Of a DNA stretch of 64,000 nucleotides, positions 20,293-29,648 are shown piece by piece. The position numbers and the translations under genes are program-made. The stretch is taken from contig CALYAY010000001.1 of assembly GCA_944393695.1 (NCBI GenBank), positions 185,436-249,435 on the forward strand, written 5' to 3'. Numbering within the stretch: the first letter of the stretch is position 1; each line of letters starts with the position of its first letter. The notes beneath the pieces are model-generated. The model searched no databases and was not told where the DNA came from. It saw nothing but the letters and a program-made list of their open reading frames with translations. Source of the stretch: an uncultured Alphaproteobacteria bacterium. Lineage in GTDB: Bacteria > Pseudomonadota > Alphaproteobacteria > RF32 > CAG-239.

Positions 20293-21201
20293 ATGGGGTA
20301 TCTCAGTCAAAAGAAAAAACAGGCGCGCATCAAGTTCTTTTTTGAATTTGCGGCATTTTTTTCGGTTGCTTTCACAGTCGGTGTTTTTTGGGATCTGCCC
20401 ATAACCGTTAAAAGTCACATAACCGACTGGTATTTTCAGTATTATCTGCTTATGCTGGCTTTGTTTGGAGCGGCCCTGTATTCAAAACGTTTTTTGCCGG
20501 CGCTGACGATTTTATTGTGTATCATCATCAACTTTGTCCGCCTTGGCGTATCAACCAACATTTTTCTGAATACGCCTTCTTCCGGTGATGCTTTTTTGAC
20601 GGTTGTTTATCAAAATCATCTGCAACATCTTGATGAATCTTTGTCTGCATCTTCGAAAGAAGAGGCGGATGTTATTGCCTTAAATGCCGATAACCGGCTG
20701 TCTGCCCTGGCCAGCCGCGATTATCAACTGTTTCACAATGAAAATCTTCTGGATAAAAGTTTTATTTATTCCCGCTTGGATGCCTTACATGCCGGAAAAG
20801 TTCACTTTTCTCCCCGGTACGAGGCTTCTTATCTTTCTTTTGATTTTGACGGTCACAAAGGGCTTTTGCTGAATGTCGATTTCTCAAAACTGGCGGCGGA
20901 AGAGGCTGCCGGATTATATAATAACCTGACGGAATTTGTGCTGGAACAAAACCTTCCGGTTATTATTATCGGCGATTTCGGACTTCCTTCCTGGTCGGAT
21001 ACTTTTCAAAATTTTTTGCTGAAAACCGGCCTCGAAATCAAAAACCGCGTTATCTTGAGTGATGGTTCCGGTCTTTTTAATCCTTTTGTCCGGCCGTCGC
21101 TTAATGTTTTGGGTTACAAAACCATGGGACTGAAAGAGATTCGCTTCTTGGACAAGGCGGATAATCCCTCTCATCCGCTGTTATTTCAGCTCATTCTCTA
21201 A
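20293..21201 (+). CDS. Membrane protein with a degenerate endonuclease/exonuclease/phosphatase (EEP)-like domain
   Basis: 302 aa with three N-terminal TM helices. It has EEADVIALNADN and IIIGDFGLPSWSD blocks that resemble the EEP motifs (usual form GDFN..PWS), but the Asn is replaced. Confidence 0.45.
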   Translation: MGYLSQKKKQARIKFFFEFAAFFSVAFTVGVFWDLPITVKSHITDWYFQYYLLMLALFGAALYSKRFLPALTILLCIIINFVRLGVSTNIFLNTPSSGDAFLTVVYQNHLQHLDESLSASSKEEADVIALNADNRLSALASRDYQLFHNENLLDKSFIYSRLDALHAGKVHFSPRYEASYLSFDFDGHKGLLLNVDFSKLAAEEAAGLYNNLTEFVLEQNLPVIIIGDFGLPSWSDTFQNFLLKTGLEIKNRVILSDGSGLFNPFVRPSLNVLGYKTMGLKEIRFLDKADNPSHPLLFQLIL

Positions 21202-22683
21202 ATTTTTTATCTTTTGCTCCAGCATTTGCGAAAATTCGTTTTCACCGAAGGCCGAAGCATATTCCAGGGCAGTATAAAAAGTTTTCAGGGCTTGTTTTTT
21301 ATCGCCGCTTTTATATTCGATAAGACCGATATTTGTATAATCGGTAGCCGCCCCGGAAAATCTTTCGTTTTTTTGTTCCAGGGATGCGGCCTGCAAAAAC
21401 AGGCTCTTTGCCCGTTTCAACTGATTCTTCCGCAAAAAAATCAATCCCAGCAGGCTGATGGCGCTGGCGGAATGGAAACAGCAGTTTTCTCTTTCTTTGT
21501 TTTGAATAATCTGCCGGAGTTTTTGTTCGGCCTTTTTGTCTTCTTTCAGTTCATAAGCCGCCTGTGCCTGTTGATACAAGCTGCTGAAATAAGCCGCCGT
21601 GTCTTTTTCCTGAATGTATAATTTTTCGGCCAGTTCGGCTTGTTCGGCCGATTCTTTCCACTGTTTTTGTGCCGCATAAACATATGCCAGAATATCCCGG
21701 CTGAATGCTTCGCCTTTTTTGTTTTCGTGGCTGATATGGATTTGTAAAGCTTCCTGGGCCAGCTTTTGAGCTAAAGCATATTGTTTTTGCAGCAGTTTTA
21801 ACAGAGCCGTCTGGTTAATGATATAAGCGGCTGCGGTTTCCCTGTTATATTTCCTGCAAATTTCCAGACTTTGCGAAAAGCAATTTTCAGCTTCTTCAAA
21901 ATTTTCCCTCATGGTCCATAACATGCCGAGGTTTCCTAGGGCTTCGGCCTCGCCGGCATAATGTCCGGTTGCGGCAAAAATATCCCGGGCCTGTTTCAGC
22001 ATAAAATAAGCCGTATCTTCTACGGCAGACAATCTGTAAATTGTTCCTGCCAGCAGATAAGCATCTGCTTCTTCCGTAAAGGCATTGGTTTGGCGAAACA
22101 GGGTAATGGCCGCACCGGCTTTCAGCGAAGCATCGGCCATATTTCCGGCACTCAGGCAGCTTTGAGCTTCAAAAAATTTTTTACATGCCCGGACATACGG
22201 AAATTTTTTGCATTTGGGTAAAGATTTGACAATTTGTTCCGCCGATTCTTTTTGTCCCTGCAAAAGATATAGTTTCAAAATTTCCGCTTTTGCCCGGAGA
22301 TCGTCTGATTTTTCTAAAATTCTTAACCCTCCGGACGGATTCCTCATCATTCTTAAAGCTCCGGCCGCAAAATCCTCTCCGTGTTTCAGCAGATAACATT
22401 CGGCTGCCCGGCTGTCACCTTTTATTAAGCTTCTCAAGGCTTTTGCTGCCGCCCCGTTTTTGTGTCTCAACAAAATCTGCAGCGCACACTGCAAGGCCTG
22501 GCTTGAAAAAAAAGCACGTTCTTCTTTCTTCTGCATTCGGAAAATGAAGGCTTTGGTTGTCAGATAATAATAATGGTCAAAACGGATTTTTTTCCAAGAG
22601 CGGAATACAAAAATCATGGCAGCGGCAAATAACAAAAAAAGCCAGATGTATATCATAAAATTTACTCTAAATTTAGGTTTCAC
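21181..22683 (-). CDS. TPR-repeat protein with an N-terminal membrane anchor
   Basis: 500 aa with one TM helix (IWLFLLFAAAMIFVF). Many 34-residue A/Y/L-patterned repeats are present (for example EALGNLGMLWTMRENFEEAENCFSQSLEI). Confidence 0.7.
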   Translation of the reverse strand: MKPKFRVNFMIYIWLFLLFAAAMIFVFRSWKKIRFDHYYYLTTKAFIFRMQKKEERAFFSSQALQCALQILLRHKNGAAAKALRSLIKGDSRAAECYLLKHGEDFAAGALRMMRNPSGGLRILEKSDDLRAKAEILKLYLLQGQKESAEQIVKSLPKCKKFPYVRACKKFFEAQSCLSAGNMADASLKAGAAITLFRQTNAFTEEADAYLLAGTIYRLSAVEDTAYFMLKQARDIFAATGHYAGEAEALGNLGMLWTMRENFEEAENCFSQSLEICRKYNRETAAAYIINQTALLKLLQKQYALAQKLAQEALQIHISHENKKGEAFSRDILAYVYAAQKQWKESAEQAELAEKLYIQEKDTAAYFSSLYQQAQAAYELKEDKKAEQKLRQIIQNKERENCCFHSASAISLLGLIFLRKNQLKRAKSLFLQAASLEQKNERFSGAATDYTNIGLIEYKSGDKKQALKTFYTALEYASAFGENEFSQMLEQKIKNLENELK

Positions 22684-22727
22684 GAGTATATTACATTCAA
22701 CAGCAAATATATAGGGAAAATAAAAAA

Positions 22728-25166
22728 ATGGCTATCACAAAATTAAAATCGGAACAGCTTTACAAAAAATGCGATTCCCGGAAATTCGAATTTACGACCA
22801 CCGCCGAACTTGAAGAACGTCTGTCGGCATTGGGACAGGATAGAGCCATCAGTGCGGTTGAACTCGGAATTAATATTAAATCCAAAGGCTACAATTTATT
22901 TTGCCTCGGGCCGGAAGGAACCGGAAAAACCAGCCTGGTAAAGCGTATTCTGGAAAAAGAAGCCAAAACACGCCCAACTCCGGATGATTGGGCCTATGTT
23001 TATAATTTTGATGAGCCCTACAAGCCGAAAGCAATCAGTTTCCCCGCCGGCGAAGCCTCGGAATTTGCCAAAGATATTGATGACCTGATTGAAAATTTTT
23101 CAGACAGCATTCCGGCGATTATCGACAGTGAGGAATACAAGGCCGGTGTTAATATCATTCGCGAAAAATACAGTCAGAAAAAAGAAGAATACATCCGCAT
23201 TTTACAGCAAAGAGCCAAAGGCAAAAGTGTTTCTCTGCTCCATATGCCGACGGGGCTTGTCGTGGCGCCGGCCAAAAACGGCGAGGTCTTAACTCCGGAC
23301 ACTTTTGATCAGCTGCCCGAAGAAGAAAAAAAAGCCCTGATGAGCGATCTGAACGCCATGCAGATTGAAATTGAAAATGTGGCCAAAAATCTGCCCGACT
23401 GGGAAGATAAACAACGCGAAGAAATTAATACACTGAAAGAAAAATTTATTAAAATTGCCGTCAAAAAGCCGATTGACGATTTGCGTCACAAATACAAAGG
23501 CCAAAAAGCCGCTATTGAATTTTTGAAAAACATTCAAAATCATATTCTGGGCAACATCAATGACTTTTTGCCGGAACCGGATGCTTCTTCCGGAGAAGAG
23601 GGCAACAGTGATGCGCTCAGCCTTTTGTTGTCGCGGATGAATAAAAACGATGATGACAAATTTTCCAAGTTTAAAGTCAATGTTGTTGTCAAAAACGAAA
23701 AAGACAGCGGAGCACCGATTGTTCAGCTTGACCATCCCACGCAGGGCAATTTGGTCGGCCGGGTTGAAAGAATTCAGCAATATGGTGCTTTGTTAACCGA
23801 TTTTACGCTCATCAAAGCCGGAGCCCTGCATCGGGCTAATGGCGGCTTCTTGCTGATGGATGCCCGTAAACTTCTGCTCCAGCCTTTTTCTTGGGATTCG
23901 CTGAAACGAGCGCTGGCTTCAAAGTCCATCAAAATCGAAGCCCCGAATGATGAAAGCACCTTTACCACCATTTCGCTTGATCCGGAACCGATTCCCCTTA
24001 ATGTCAAGGTTATCCTGACCGGGGATGCCGATTTGTTTGATCTCTTAAGTGAACGCGACCCCGATTTCAGCGATTATTTCAAAGTCGAAGCCGATTTTGG
24101 CATTTTAATGGACCGGACGGATGAAAACGAGATTGAATATGCCAAACTCATCGGTTCGTTGTCCAAGAAGAAAAAGCTGCGTTCTTTAAATAAACAGGCG
24201 GTTGCCCGGGTAATTGAATATTCGTCTCGTCTGGCCGATGACACCGAAAAACTTTCGGCTCACATTACTTCCATTGGTGATTTGCTGCGCGAAGCCGATT
24301 ACTGGGCGCGCAAATCAAAATCCAATCAGATTGGTAAAAATCATATAGAACAGGCGATTGAAGCTCAGATTTACCGCAACGACCGCATCAAGCAGGCCAT
24401 GCTTGAACAGATTGACAAGGGCACGATTTTAATGGATGTAACCGGTTCCCGCGTTGGTCAGATAAACGGCCTGGTTGTTTACAATTTTTCGCGCAATTCT
24501 TTTGGCAAGCCGGCGCGTATCACCACCCAGGTGCGTGTCGGGCGGGGTGAATTCCTCAACATTGAACGTGAAGTGGAGATGTCCGGTCCGATTCATTCCA
24601 AAGGTGTGCTGATTTTGCAGTCTTTACTGGCCAACCGTTTTGCCAAATATTCGCCGGTATCCTTAACGGCCTCTATTGTATTTGAGCAGTCTTACGGCGG
24701 AGTCGATGGTGACAGTGCTTCTTCAACCGAATATTATTGCCTGTTGTCGGCCATTTCCGAACTGCCGATAAAACAAAACATTGCCGTTACCGGTTCAATC
24801 AACCAGTTTGGTGAGATTCAGCCTATCGGCGGTGTTAATGAAAAAATCGAAGGCTTTTTTGATGTCTGCAATCACAACGGATTGACCGGAGATCAGGGAG
24901 TTATCATCCCCCGCACCAATATCAACAATCTGATGTTGCGTGAAGATATTTTAAAAGCGGTGGACGAAGGAACCTTCCATGTCTGGGCAATTGATACAGT
25001 TGATGACGGAATTGAGATTTTAACCGGAGTTCCCGCCGGAAAAGCCGATAAAAAAGGTAATTTTCCTAAAGGAACGGTTAATTACCTGGTTAAAAAGAAG
25101 CTGGACGAATATTATCAGCATTATGTTAAAATTGCCCGTGAAACACATGGTTGTGTCAGCTGCTGA
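22728..25166 (+). CDS. Lon-like ATP-dependent protease (LonB/COG1067-type: AAA+ module plus Lon S16 proteolytic domain)
   Basis: 812 aa. Walker A GPEGTGKTS. The C-terminal Lon protease domain has the catalytic Ser context GVDGDSASS and a Lys context GGVNEKIEGFF. Confidence 0.8.
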   Translation: MAITKLKSEQLYKKCDSRKFEFTTTAELEERLSALGQDRAISAVELGINIKSKGYNLFCLGPEGTGKTSLVKRILEKEAKTRPTPDDWAYVYNFDEPYKPKAISFPAGEASEFAKDIDDLIENFSDSIPAIIDSEEYKAGVNIIREKYSQKKEEYIRILQQRAKGKSVSLLHMPTGLVVAPAKNGEVLTPDTFDQLPEEEKKALMSDLNAMQIEIENVAKNLPDWEDKQREEINTLKEKFIKIAVKKPIDDLRHKYKGQKAAIEFLKNIQNHILGNINDFLPEPDASSGEEGNSDALSLLLSRMNKNDDDKFSKFKVNVVVKNEKDSGAPIVQLDHPTQGNLVGRVERIQQYGALLTDFTLIKAGALHRANGGFLLMDARKLLLQPFSWDSLKRALASKSIKIEAPNDESTFTTISLDPEPIPLNVKVILTGDADLFDLLSERDPDFSDYFKVEADFGILMDRTDENEIEYAKLIGSLSKKKKLRSLNKQAVARVIEYSSRLADDTEKLSAHITSIGDLLREADYWARKSKSNQIGKNHIEQAIEAQIYRNDRIKQAMLEQIDKGTILMDVTGSRVGQINGLVVYNFSRNSFGKPARITTQVRVGRGEFLNIEREVEMSGPIHSKGVLILQSLLANRFAKYSPVSLTASIVFEQSYGGVDGDSASSTEYYCLLSAISELPIKQNIAVTGSINQFGEIQPIGGVNEKIEGFFDVCNHNGLTGDQGVIIPRTNINNLMLREDILKAVDEGTFHVWAIDTVDDGIEILTGVPAGKADKKGNFPKGTVNYLVKKKLDEYYQHYVKIARETHGCVSC

Positions 25167-25176
25167 ACGATAGCCG

Positions 25177-25653
25177 ATGTATAAAATTTTATTTGTCTGT
25201 ACCGGAAACATCTGCCGTTCACCCACGGCAGAAGGCATTATGCGCCGGTTAATAAAAGAGCAGGGGCGGGAAAAAGAGATTTATGTCGGTTCTGCCGGCA
25301 CCAGCTCCTGGCACCACGGTGATGCTCCCGATGACCGGGCGGTTGCCTGTGCTGCGGAACATGGTGTGGATATTAGCGATTTGCGCTCGCGTCCCGTCCG
25401 TGCGGAAGATTTTGCCGAATATGATCTGATACTTGCCATGGACGGCATGAATATCGTCAATTTGGAATATCTGCGGCCGATAGGCGATTCCCGCTACAAC
25501 AAAGCCCGGATAGAACTGATTCTCAACTATGCACCGGAATTTGGCCGGGAAGTTCCCGATCCTTACTATCATAACGGATTTGACCGGGTGTTTGAGATGC
25601 TGGAAGCCGCCTGCCGCAATTTATTGAAAAAGCTTACCTCCCGGCAAAAATAG
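25177..25653 (+). CDS. Low-molecular-weight protein-tyrosine phosphatase
   Basis: 158 aa with the active-site loop VCTGNICRSP near the N-terminus and a DPYY motif near the C-terminus. Confidence 0.9.
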   Translation: MYKILFVCTGNICRSPTAEGIMRRLIKEQGREKEIYVGSAGTSSWHHGDAPDDRAVACAAEHGVDISDLRSRPVRAEDFAEYDLILAMDGMNIVNLEYLRPIGDSRYNKARIELILNYAPEFGREVPDPYYHNGFDRVFEMLEAACRNLLKKLTSRQK

Positions 25654-25662
25654 CCTTTATTT

Positions 25663-26373
25663 TTACTCCGGCAGCGCCTTTTTTATGGCCACCACCTTCT
25701 GATACATGCCTTTATAATATAGAGTTTTCCTCCAGAAAAAACGGCTTCTGTTTTCGGCATAGGTTGCAATATCTCTTTCCCATATTTTTTCGGCAAAAGG
25801 CTGATACAGACGATTAAACATCTTCAAAAAATAACGCAGCGGATTCCATTTTCCCGGATCATTATATTCTATAAAAATAACCTTGCCTCTGGTCTTTATC
25901 AGATTAAGCGCATTATTCACTGCCCTTGTTTTTGAAATCGGCGGCAGCTCGTGCAACAGGTTATAACAAATGACCGCATCATATTTTTCATCGCTTTTAT
26001 AACGGGTAGCATCCGCTTTTTCAAAACTGAGCTGCGGAAACAGATACATATACTTGTTTTCGCAACGTTTAATCTGCCGGCTGTTGGTGTCAATCACCTT
26101 ATATGTTCCGTAATTTCCAATTTTATAAGCCGTATCTTCAATTTGAGAGCCGAAAGTTGCTCCCATCTGCAAAACCCGGCTGCGGGGAGCAATTTCACGT
26201 ACAACGGCATTGCTCAGTGTGCGGCAGGCTCCGAGCGTAATAAAATCGACAAACATCTGATTGTCACAAAAATCATATACCGGCTTGTTGTTATACAGCC
26301 AGTCATAAGGCGGTTTTATCACAACCGGCAGTTTGACATATGTTGCCGTTTTGTTTTCTGTCATCTTTTTCAA
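25663..26373 (-). CDS. Class I SAM-dependent methyltransferase-fold protein, possibly RquA-like (rhodoquinone biosynthesis)
   Basis: 236 aa. The atypical motif I VLQMGATFG replaces the usual VLDxGxGxG. The blocks LLHELP, IFIEYNDPGKWNPLRYF, and the terminal YKGMYQKVVAIK resemble my recollection of Rhodospirillum rubrum RquA. This has not been verified by alignment. Confidence 0.45.
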   Translation of the reverse strand: MKKMTENKTATYVKLPVVIKPPYDWLYNNKPVYDFCDNQMFVDFITLGACRTLSNAVVREIAPRSRVLQMGATFGSQIEDTAYKIGNYGTYKVIDTNSRQIKRCENKYMYLFPQLSFEKADATRYKSDEKYDAVICYNLLHELPPISKTRAVNNALNLIKTRGKVIFIEYNDPGKWNPLRYFLKMFNRLYQPFAEKIWERDIATYAENRSRFFWRKTLYYKGMYQKVVAIKKALPE

Positions 26374-26707
26374 ACTCTGTATTTAAATAACCGCAAACTT
26401 TCCTGATGCTTTTCTGCCAAAGTCTTTGAGCCGGCAAAATATCTCTTTCCTCGGAAATTTCGGGGCAATCATTTATTTTTGTACACAATTGTGAGAATTT
26501 GTCAAGTCCAAAAGCGGCCGAAGATGATTTCAGGTTATGAAACAGACATTTTATTTCTTCTTTTTTATTTTGTTGAAGCAAATCCGGAAGCCGGGACATC
26601 TGTTCTTTTGTTTCTGTCAAATATAACCGGAATAATTCACGGATTTTTTCTTTTCCGAAAAAGCGGATATATTCATCAACCGTTTGTCTGTTAAACAGAG
26701 ATGTCAT
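26303..26707 (-). CDS. Histidine phosphotransfer (Hpt) domain protein
   Basis: 134 aa with the Hpt signature FHNLKSSSAAFGL in a four-helix context. Its 3' end overlaps the downstream methyltransferase ORF by about 70 nt. Confidence 0.7.
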   Translation of the reverse strand: MTSLFNRQTVDEYIRFFGKEKIRELFRLYLTETKEQMSRLPDLLQQNKKEEIKCLFHNLKSSSAAFGLDKFSQLCTKINDCPEISEERDILPAQRLWQKSIRKVCGYLNTEFEKDDRKQNGNICQTAGCDKTAL

Positions 26708-27380
26708 TTTGGCTGATAATTCCTCTTTTGGCGGCCTCGATAACCGCGCCGGTACGGTTGTAAACTTTCAGGATTTTCAATATGGCGGTAACGTGCAGTT
26801 TGACCGTTCCTTCCGATAATCCCAGTTCATAAGCAATCATTTTATTTGATTCTCCCTTTGCCAGACGTTTAAGTACGTCAATTTGCCGCGGGGTGAACAG
26901 ATTACTGTTGTTTTGGTTTTCTTCTTTTCCGCTGTTATCTGTATTAATGGTTTTCAGCTCGTTCAACTCCTGGCTTCCCGAAGCATTCAACAATTCGGGC
27001 GGAATATAAACCCCGCCGGATTTAACCAGATGTATGGCTCCGAGGATAATTTCATTGGATGATGTTTTGGGAATATACCCGGAAACACCGTTTTCGATAG
27101 TCTTTTGCACGATTTCCTTATCAAATACCGCCGATAAAATGATAATCGGTGTATCGGGCAGGGCCTTATGAATATAATCAATTTCTTCCAGCCAGTTTCC
27201 GCCCGGCATGGCCAAATCCGTTAATACCAGATCGAATTTTTTGTCTTTCTCGAGGATTTTTCTGATATCGGTATAGCTTCTGGCGCTGATAAAGCTCATA
27301 TCATCATCAAAGTCGCTCAGAATAAACTCCAGTCCTTTCAGAAAAAGCTCATGATCATCGGCAATCAACACTCTCATCAT
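26691..27380 (-). CDS. Two-component response regulator, NarL/FixJ (LuxR HTH) family
   Basis: A REC domain (MMRVLIADDHELF...DLVLTDLAMPG...ILSA) plus a C-terminal LuxR HTH (LTPRQIDVLKRLAKGESNKMIAYELGLSEGTVKLHV). The start is set at MMRVL; the track ORF begins 51 nt upstream. Confidence 0.88.
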   Translation of the reverse strand: MMRVLIADDHELFLKGLEFILSDFDDDMSFISARSYTDIRKILEKDKKFDLVLTDLAMPGGNWLEEIDYIHKALPDTPIIILSAVFDKEIVQKTIENGVSGYIPKTSSNEIILGAIHLVKSGGVYIPPELLNASGSQELNELKTINTDNSGKEENQNNSNLFTPRQIDVLKRLAKGESNKMIAYELGLSEGTVKLHVTAILKILKVYNRTGAVIEAAKRGIISQNDISV

Positions 27381-27397
27381 TTTTTTCCTTATAAACG

Positions 27398-28132
27398 CTA
27401 CAGTTTCCAATCTCCGGACAAAGCCTGCCAACAGGCCAGGGCGGCTGCTGCGGCAGTTTCGGCACGAAGGATTCTTTTCCCCATTGAGACACCTCTGGCA
27501 AATTCTTTTGAACGCAACATTTCCAGCTCTTCCGGGCTAAATCCTCCTTCCGGACCGGTTAAAATGGCGGCCGGTTTTCCGGATTGGGCAAAAGCTGTGC
27601 TGATATTCTGTCCGCCTCCTGTTTCATCCATAAAATACAGTTTACGGTTTTTATCCCACAATGCAACCAGTTTATCCAGTTTTACCGCTTCGGATATTTC
27701 CGGAACCTCCAGCCGGCGGCATTGTTCGGCCGCCTCAATCGCCTGAGCCCGGAATCTTTCTGTCTTTGTTGTTTCGGCAATTGTATAGGTTGTAATAACC
27801 GGCACAATGCGAGCTGCTCCCAGCTCGGTGGCTTTTTGAATAATAAAGTCGGTTTGATTCTTTTTAACCGGCGCAAACATCAGCCATATATCGGGAACAT
27901 GCTCCATTTGGCGGATTTGTTCCAAAACGGTAATTTCCACACTTTTTTTTGATACCTTGTCTATCCGGCACAAAAACTCGCCGTCCCGGCCGTTAAAGCA
28001 CAAAATTTCATCGCTGGCCGAACATTTCATCACATGAACAAGATAATGGCTTTGCGGTTCACTCAGCTGCCCGGCAAAGCCATTATCCAACACCATGTCT
28101 GTGTATAATCTGATTCGATTCTTTTTCTTCAC
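27398..28132 (-). CDS. rsmE: 16S rRNA (uracil1498-N3)-methyltransferase RsmE
   Basis: 244 aa: RIRLYTD...HYLVHVMKC at the N-terminus (PUA-like) and ILTGPEGGFSPEE...LGKRILRAETAA at the C-terminus (SPOUT). Confidence 0.88.
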   Translation of the reverse strand: MKKKNRIRLYTDMVLDNGFAGQLSEPQSHYLVHVMKCSASDEILCFNGRDGEFLCRIDKVSKKSVEITVLEQIRQMEHVPDIWLMFAPVKKNQTDFIIQKATELGAARIVPVITTYTIAETTKTERFRAQAIEAAEQCRRLEVPEISEAVKLDKLVALWDKNRKLYFMDETGGGQNISTAFAQSGKPAAILTGPEGGFSPEELEMLRSKEFARGVSMGKRILRAETAAAAALACWQALSGDWKL

Positions 28133-28726
28133 TTAAATAACTCTCACTTCCAGTACCTTAACATCAACGGCTCTGATTTCACCGTTATTATTGGCCAGCA
28201 GGTCAAAGTTTACGCGGTTGCTTCCGGTTCCTTTTGCCAGATAAAGCATAATCACCACATCCCCTCTTTTTTCGCGTTTGACAAATTCCAAACCTGCAGA
28301 CCGGTTTTCAAAATTCCATTTGGTCATGTCTTCTTCCGTCAGTCTGACGGCCACGAATTGTCCGGCAGTAACCACCACCGAAGTTTTGTAATCATCCAGG
28401 TCAACCAAAACAATTTCGCCTTCTTTGCCTCTGTTGAGCAGCTTATCGGCGATTGCCCGGTTACTCGTGTCAATTTTTACGCCTTCGATTCTGTTCGGAT
28501 CGGTTTCATAATCATAGTTGTAGTCATATGTTCCGGCAGACTTTTCTTTGGCATAAGTATTTTTATGAGAGCGGGAGTCCATCACGCCCGGTTCAAACAT
28601 AGCTTTTCCGAACACCTCGTCGGCACTCTGCATAATAACCCCGGCTTTGGCATTATGAGTGGCAAATCCGGTCAGAACCAGAAAGGCGAATATCACAAGT
28701 ATTATATGTTTAATCGTATTTATCAT
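28133..28726 (-). CDS. Secreted hypothetical protein
   Basis: 197 aa with a signal peptide (ILVIFAFLVLTGFATHNAKA) and a beta-rich C-terminal half. No confident family assignment. Confidence 0.45.
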   Translation of the reverse strand: MINTIKHIILVIFAFLVLTGFATHNAKAGVIMQSADEVFGKAMFEPGVMDSRSHKNTYAKEKSAGTYDYNYDYETDPNRIEGVKIDTSNRAIADKLLNRGKEGEIVLVDLDDYKTSVVVTAGQFVAVRLTEEDMTKWNFENRSAGLEFVKREKRGDVVIMLYLAKGTGSNRVNFDLLANNNGEIRAVDVKVLEVRVI

Positions 28727-28851
28727 AATACCCTCGCTTTCAATAAAAGCTTGGAACTTTTTTGTTTTTATAATTGTATTCTACAACAAATATGTTAATT
28801 AGTAAAACATAATTATGTTAAACTTTTGTAACAAAAAAGGAAGCTTTCCCG

Positions 28852-29505
28852 ATGATTATCACCATCGACGGCCCGGCATCTGCCGGTAAAGGAACACTGG
28901 CCGCGGCACTGGCCGGGCACTATAATCTGGCATATTTTGACACCGGCATGGTTTACCGGGCGGTCGGATTGGATATGATGTTGAATCGGCTTGATATTTA
29001 TCAGGAAAATCTGGCTGAGGAAGTCGCCCGGAAACTGACTTTTGAAAAAATGATGTCTTTGTCCCGAAATCCGGAATTTCGCGGGCCGCAGGGTGGCAAA
29101 AATGCTTCTGTTGTTTCAGCTTACCCGTCTGTCAGGGCGGCTTTGCTTAAAATGCAGCAGGATTTTGCCCTTGAGCCGAAGTTTTCCGATGGTCGTCCGG
29201 CGGCAGGAGTTGTTTATGACGGCCGCGATACCGGCACGGTTGTCTGTCCGGATGCGGATATAAAATTTTTTATTACCGCTTCGCCTGAAGTCCGGGCTGA
29301 AAGACGTTATAAGGAATTTCTGGCCAAAGGTCTGAATATTTCTTATGATGAGGTTTTGCAGGATATTCTCGCCCGGGATGAACGGGATTCCACCCGCTCG
29401 GCAGCCCCGCTCAAACCGGCGCCCGATGCTTTGATTCTGGATACTTCTCTTTTGTCTGCCGCCGAAGTCTTTGCCAAAGCTTGCGAAATAATCGATTCGC
29501 ATTAA
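28852..29505 (+). CDS. cmk: Cytidylate kinase
   Basis: 217 aa with P-loop IITIDGPASAGKGT. It lies directly upstream of rpsA, the classic cmk-rpsA pair. Confidence 0.93.
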   Translation: MIITIDGPASAGKGTLAAALAGHYNLAYFDTGMVYRAVGLDMMLNRLDIYQENLAEEVARKLTFEKMMSLSRNPEFRGPQGGKNASVVSAYPSVRAALLKMQQDFALEPKFSDGRPAAGVVYDGRDTGTVVCPDADIKFFITASPEVRAERRYKEFLAKGLNISYDEVLQDILARDERDSTRSAAPLKPAPDALILDTSLLSAAEVFAKACEIIDSH

Positions 29506-29648
29506 TATTTTTCTTGCATTTTCAGATTTTAAGGCTATAAAAGACACAATGCGTTATCTGCGGTGCGGCAGTGTCGCTGCTTTTGTTTAACCCCGCACAA
29601 GTCCGTTCCTTTTTAGGAAAGAGGCATTCTATTGAAATATCTTATTTA

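Noticed and set aside
28133-28726. Calling the 197-aa secreted protein a chagasin/I42-type protease inhibitor
   Set aside because: There is only a vague beta-rich resemblance, and the diagnostic NPTTGY-like motif is absent. It is left as hypothetical.
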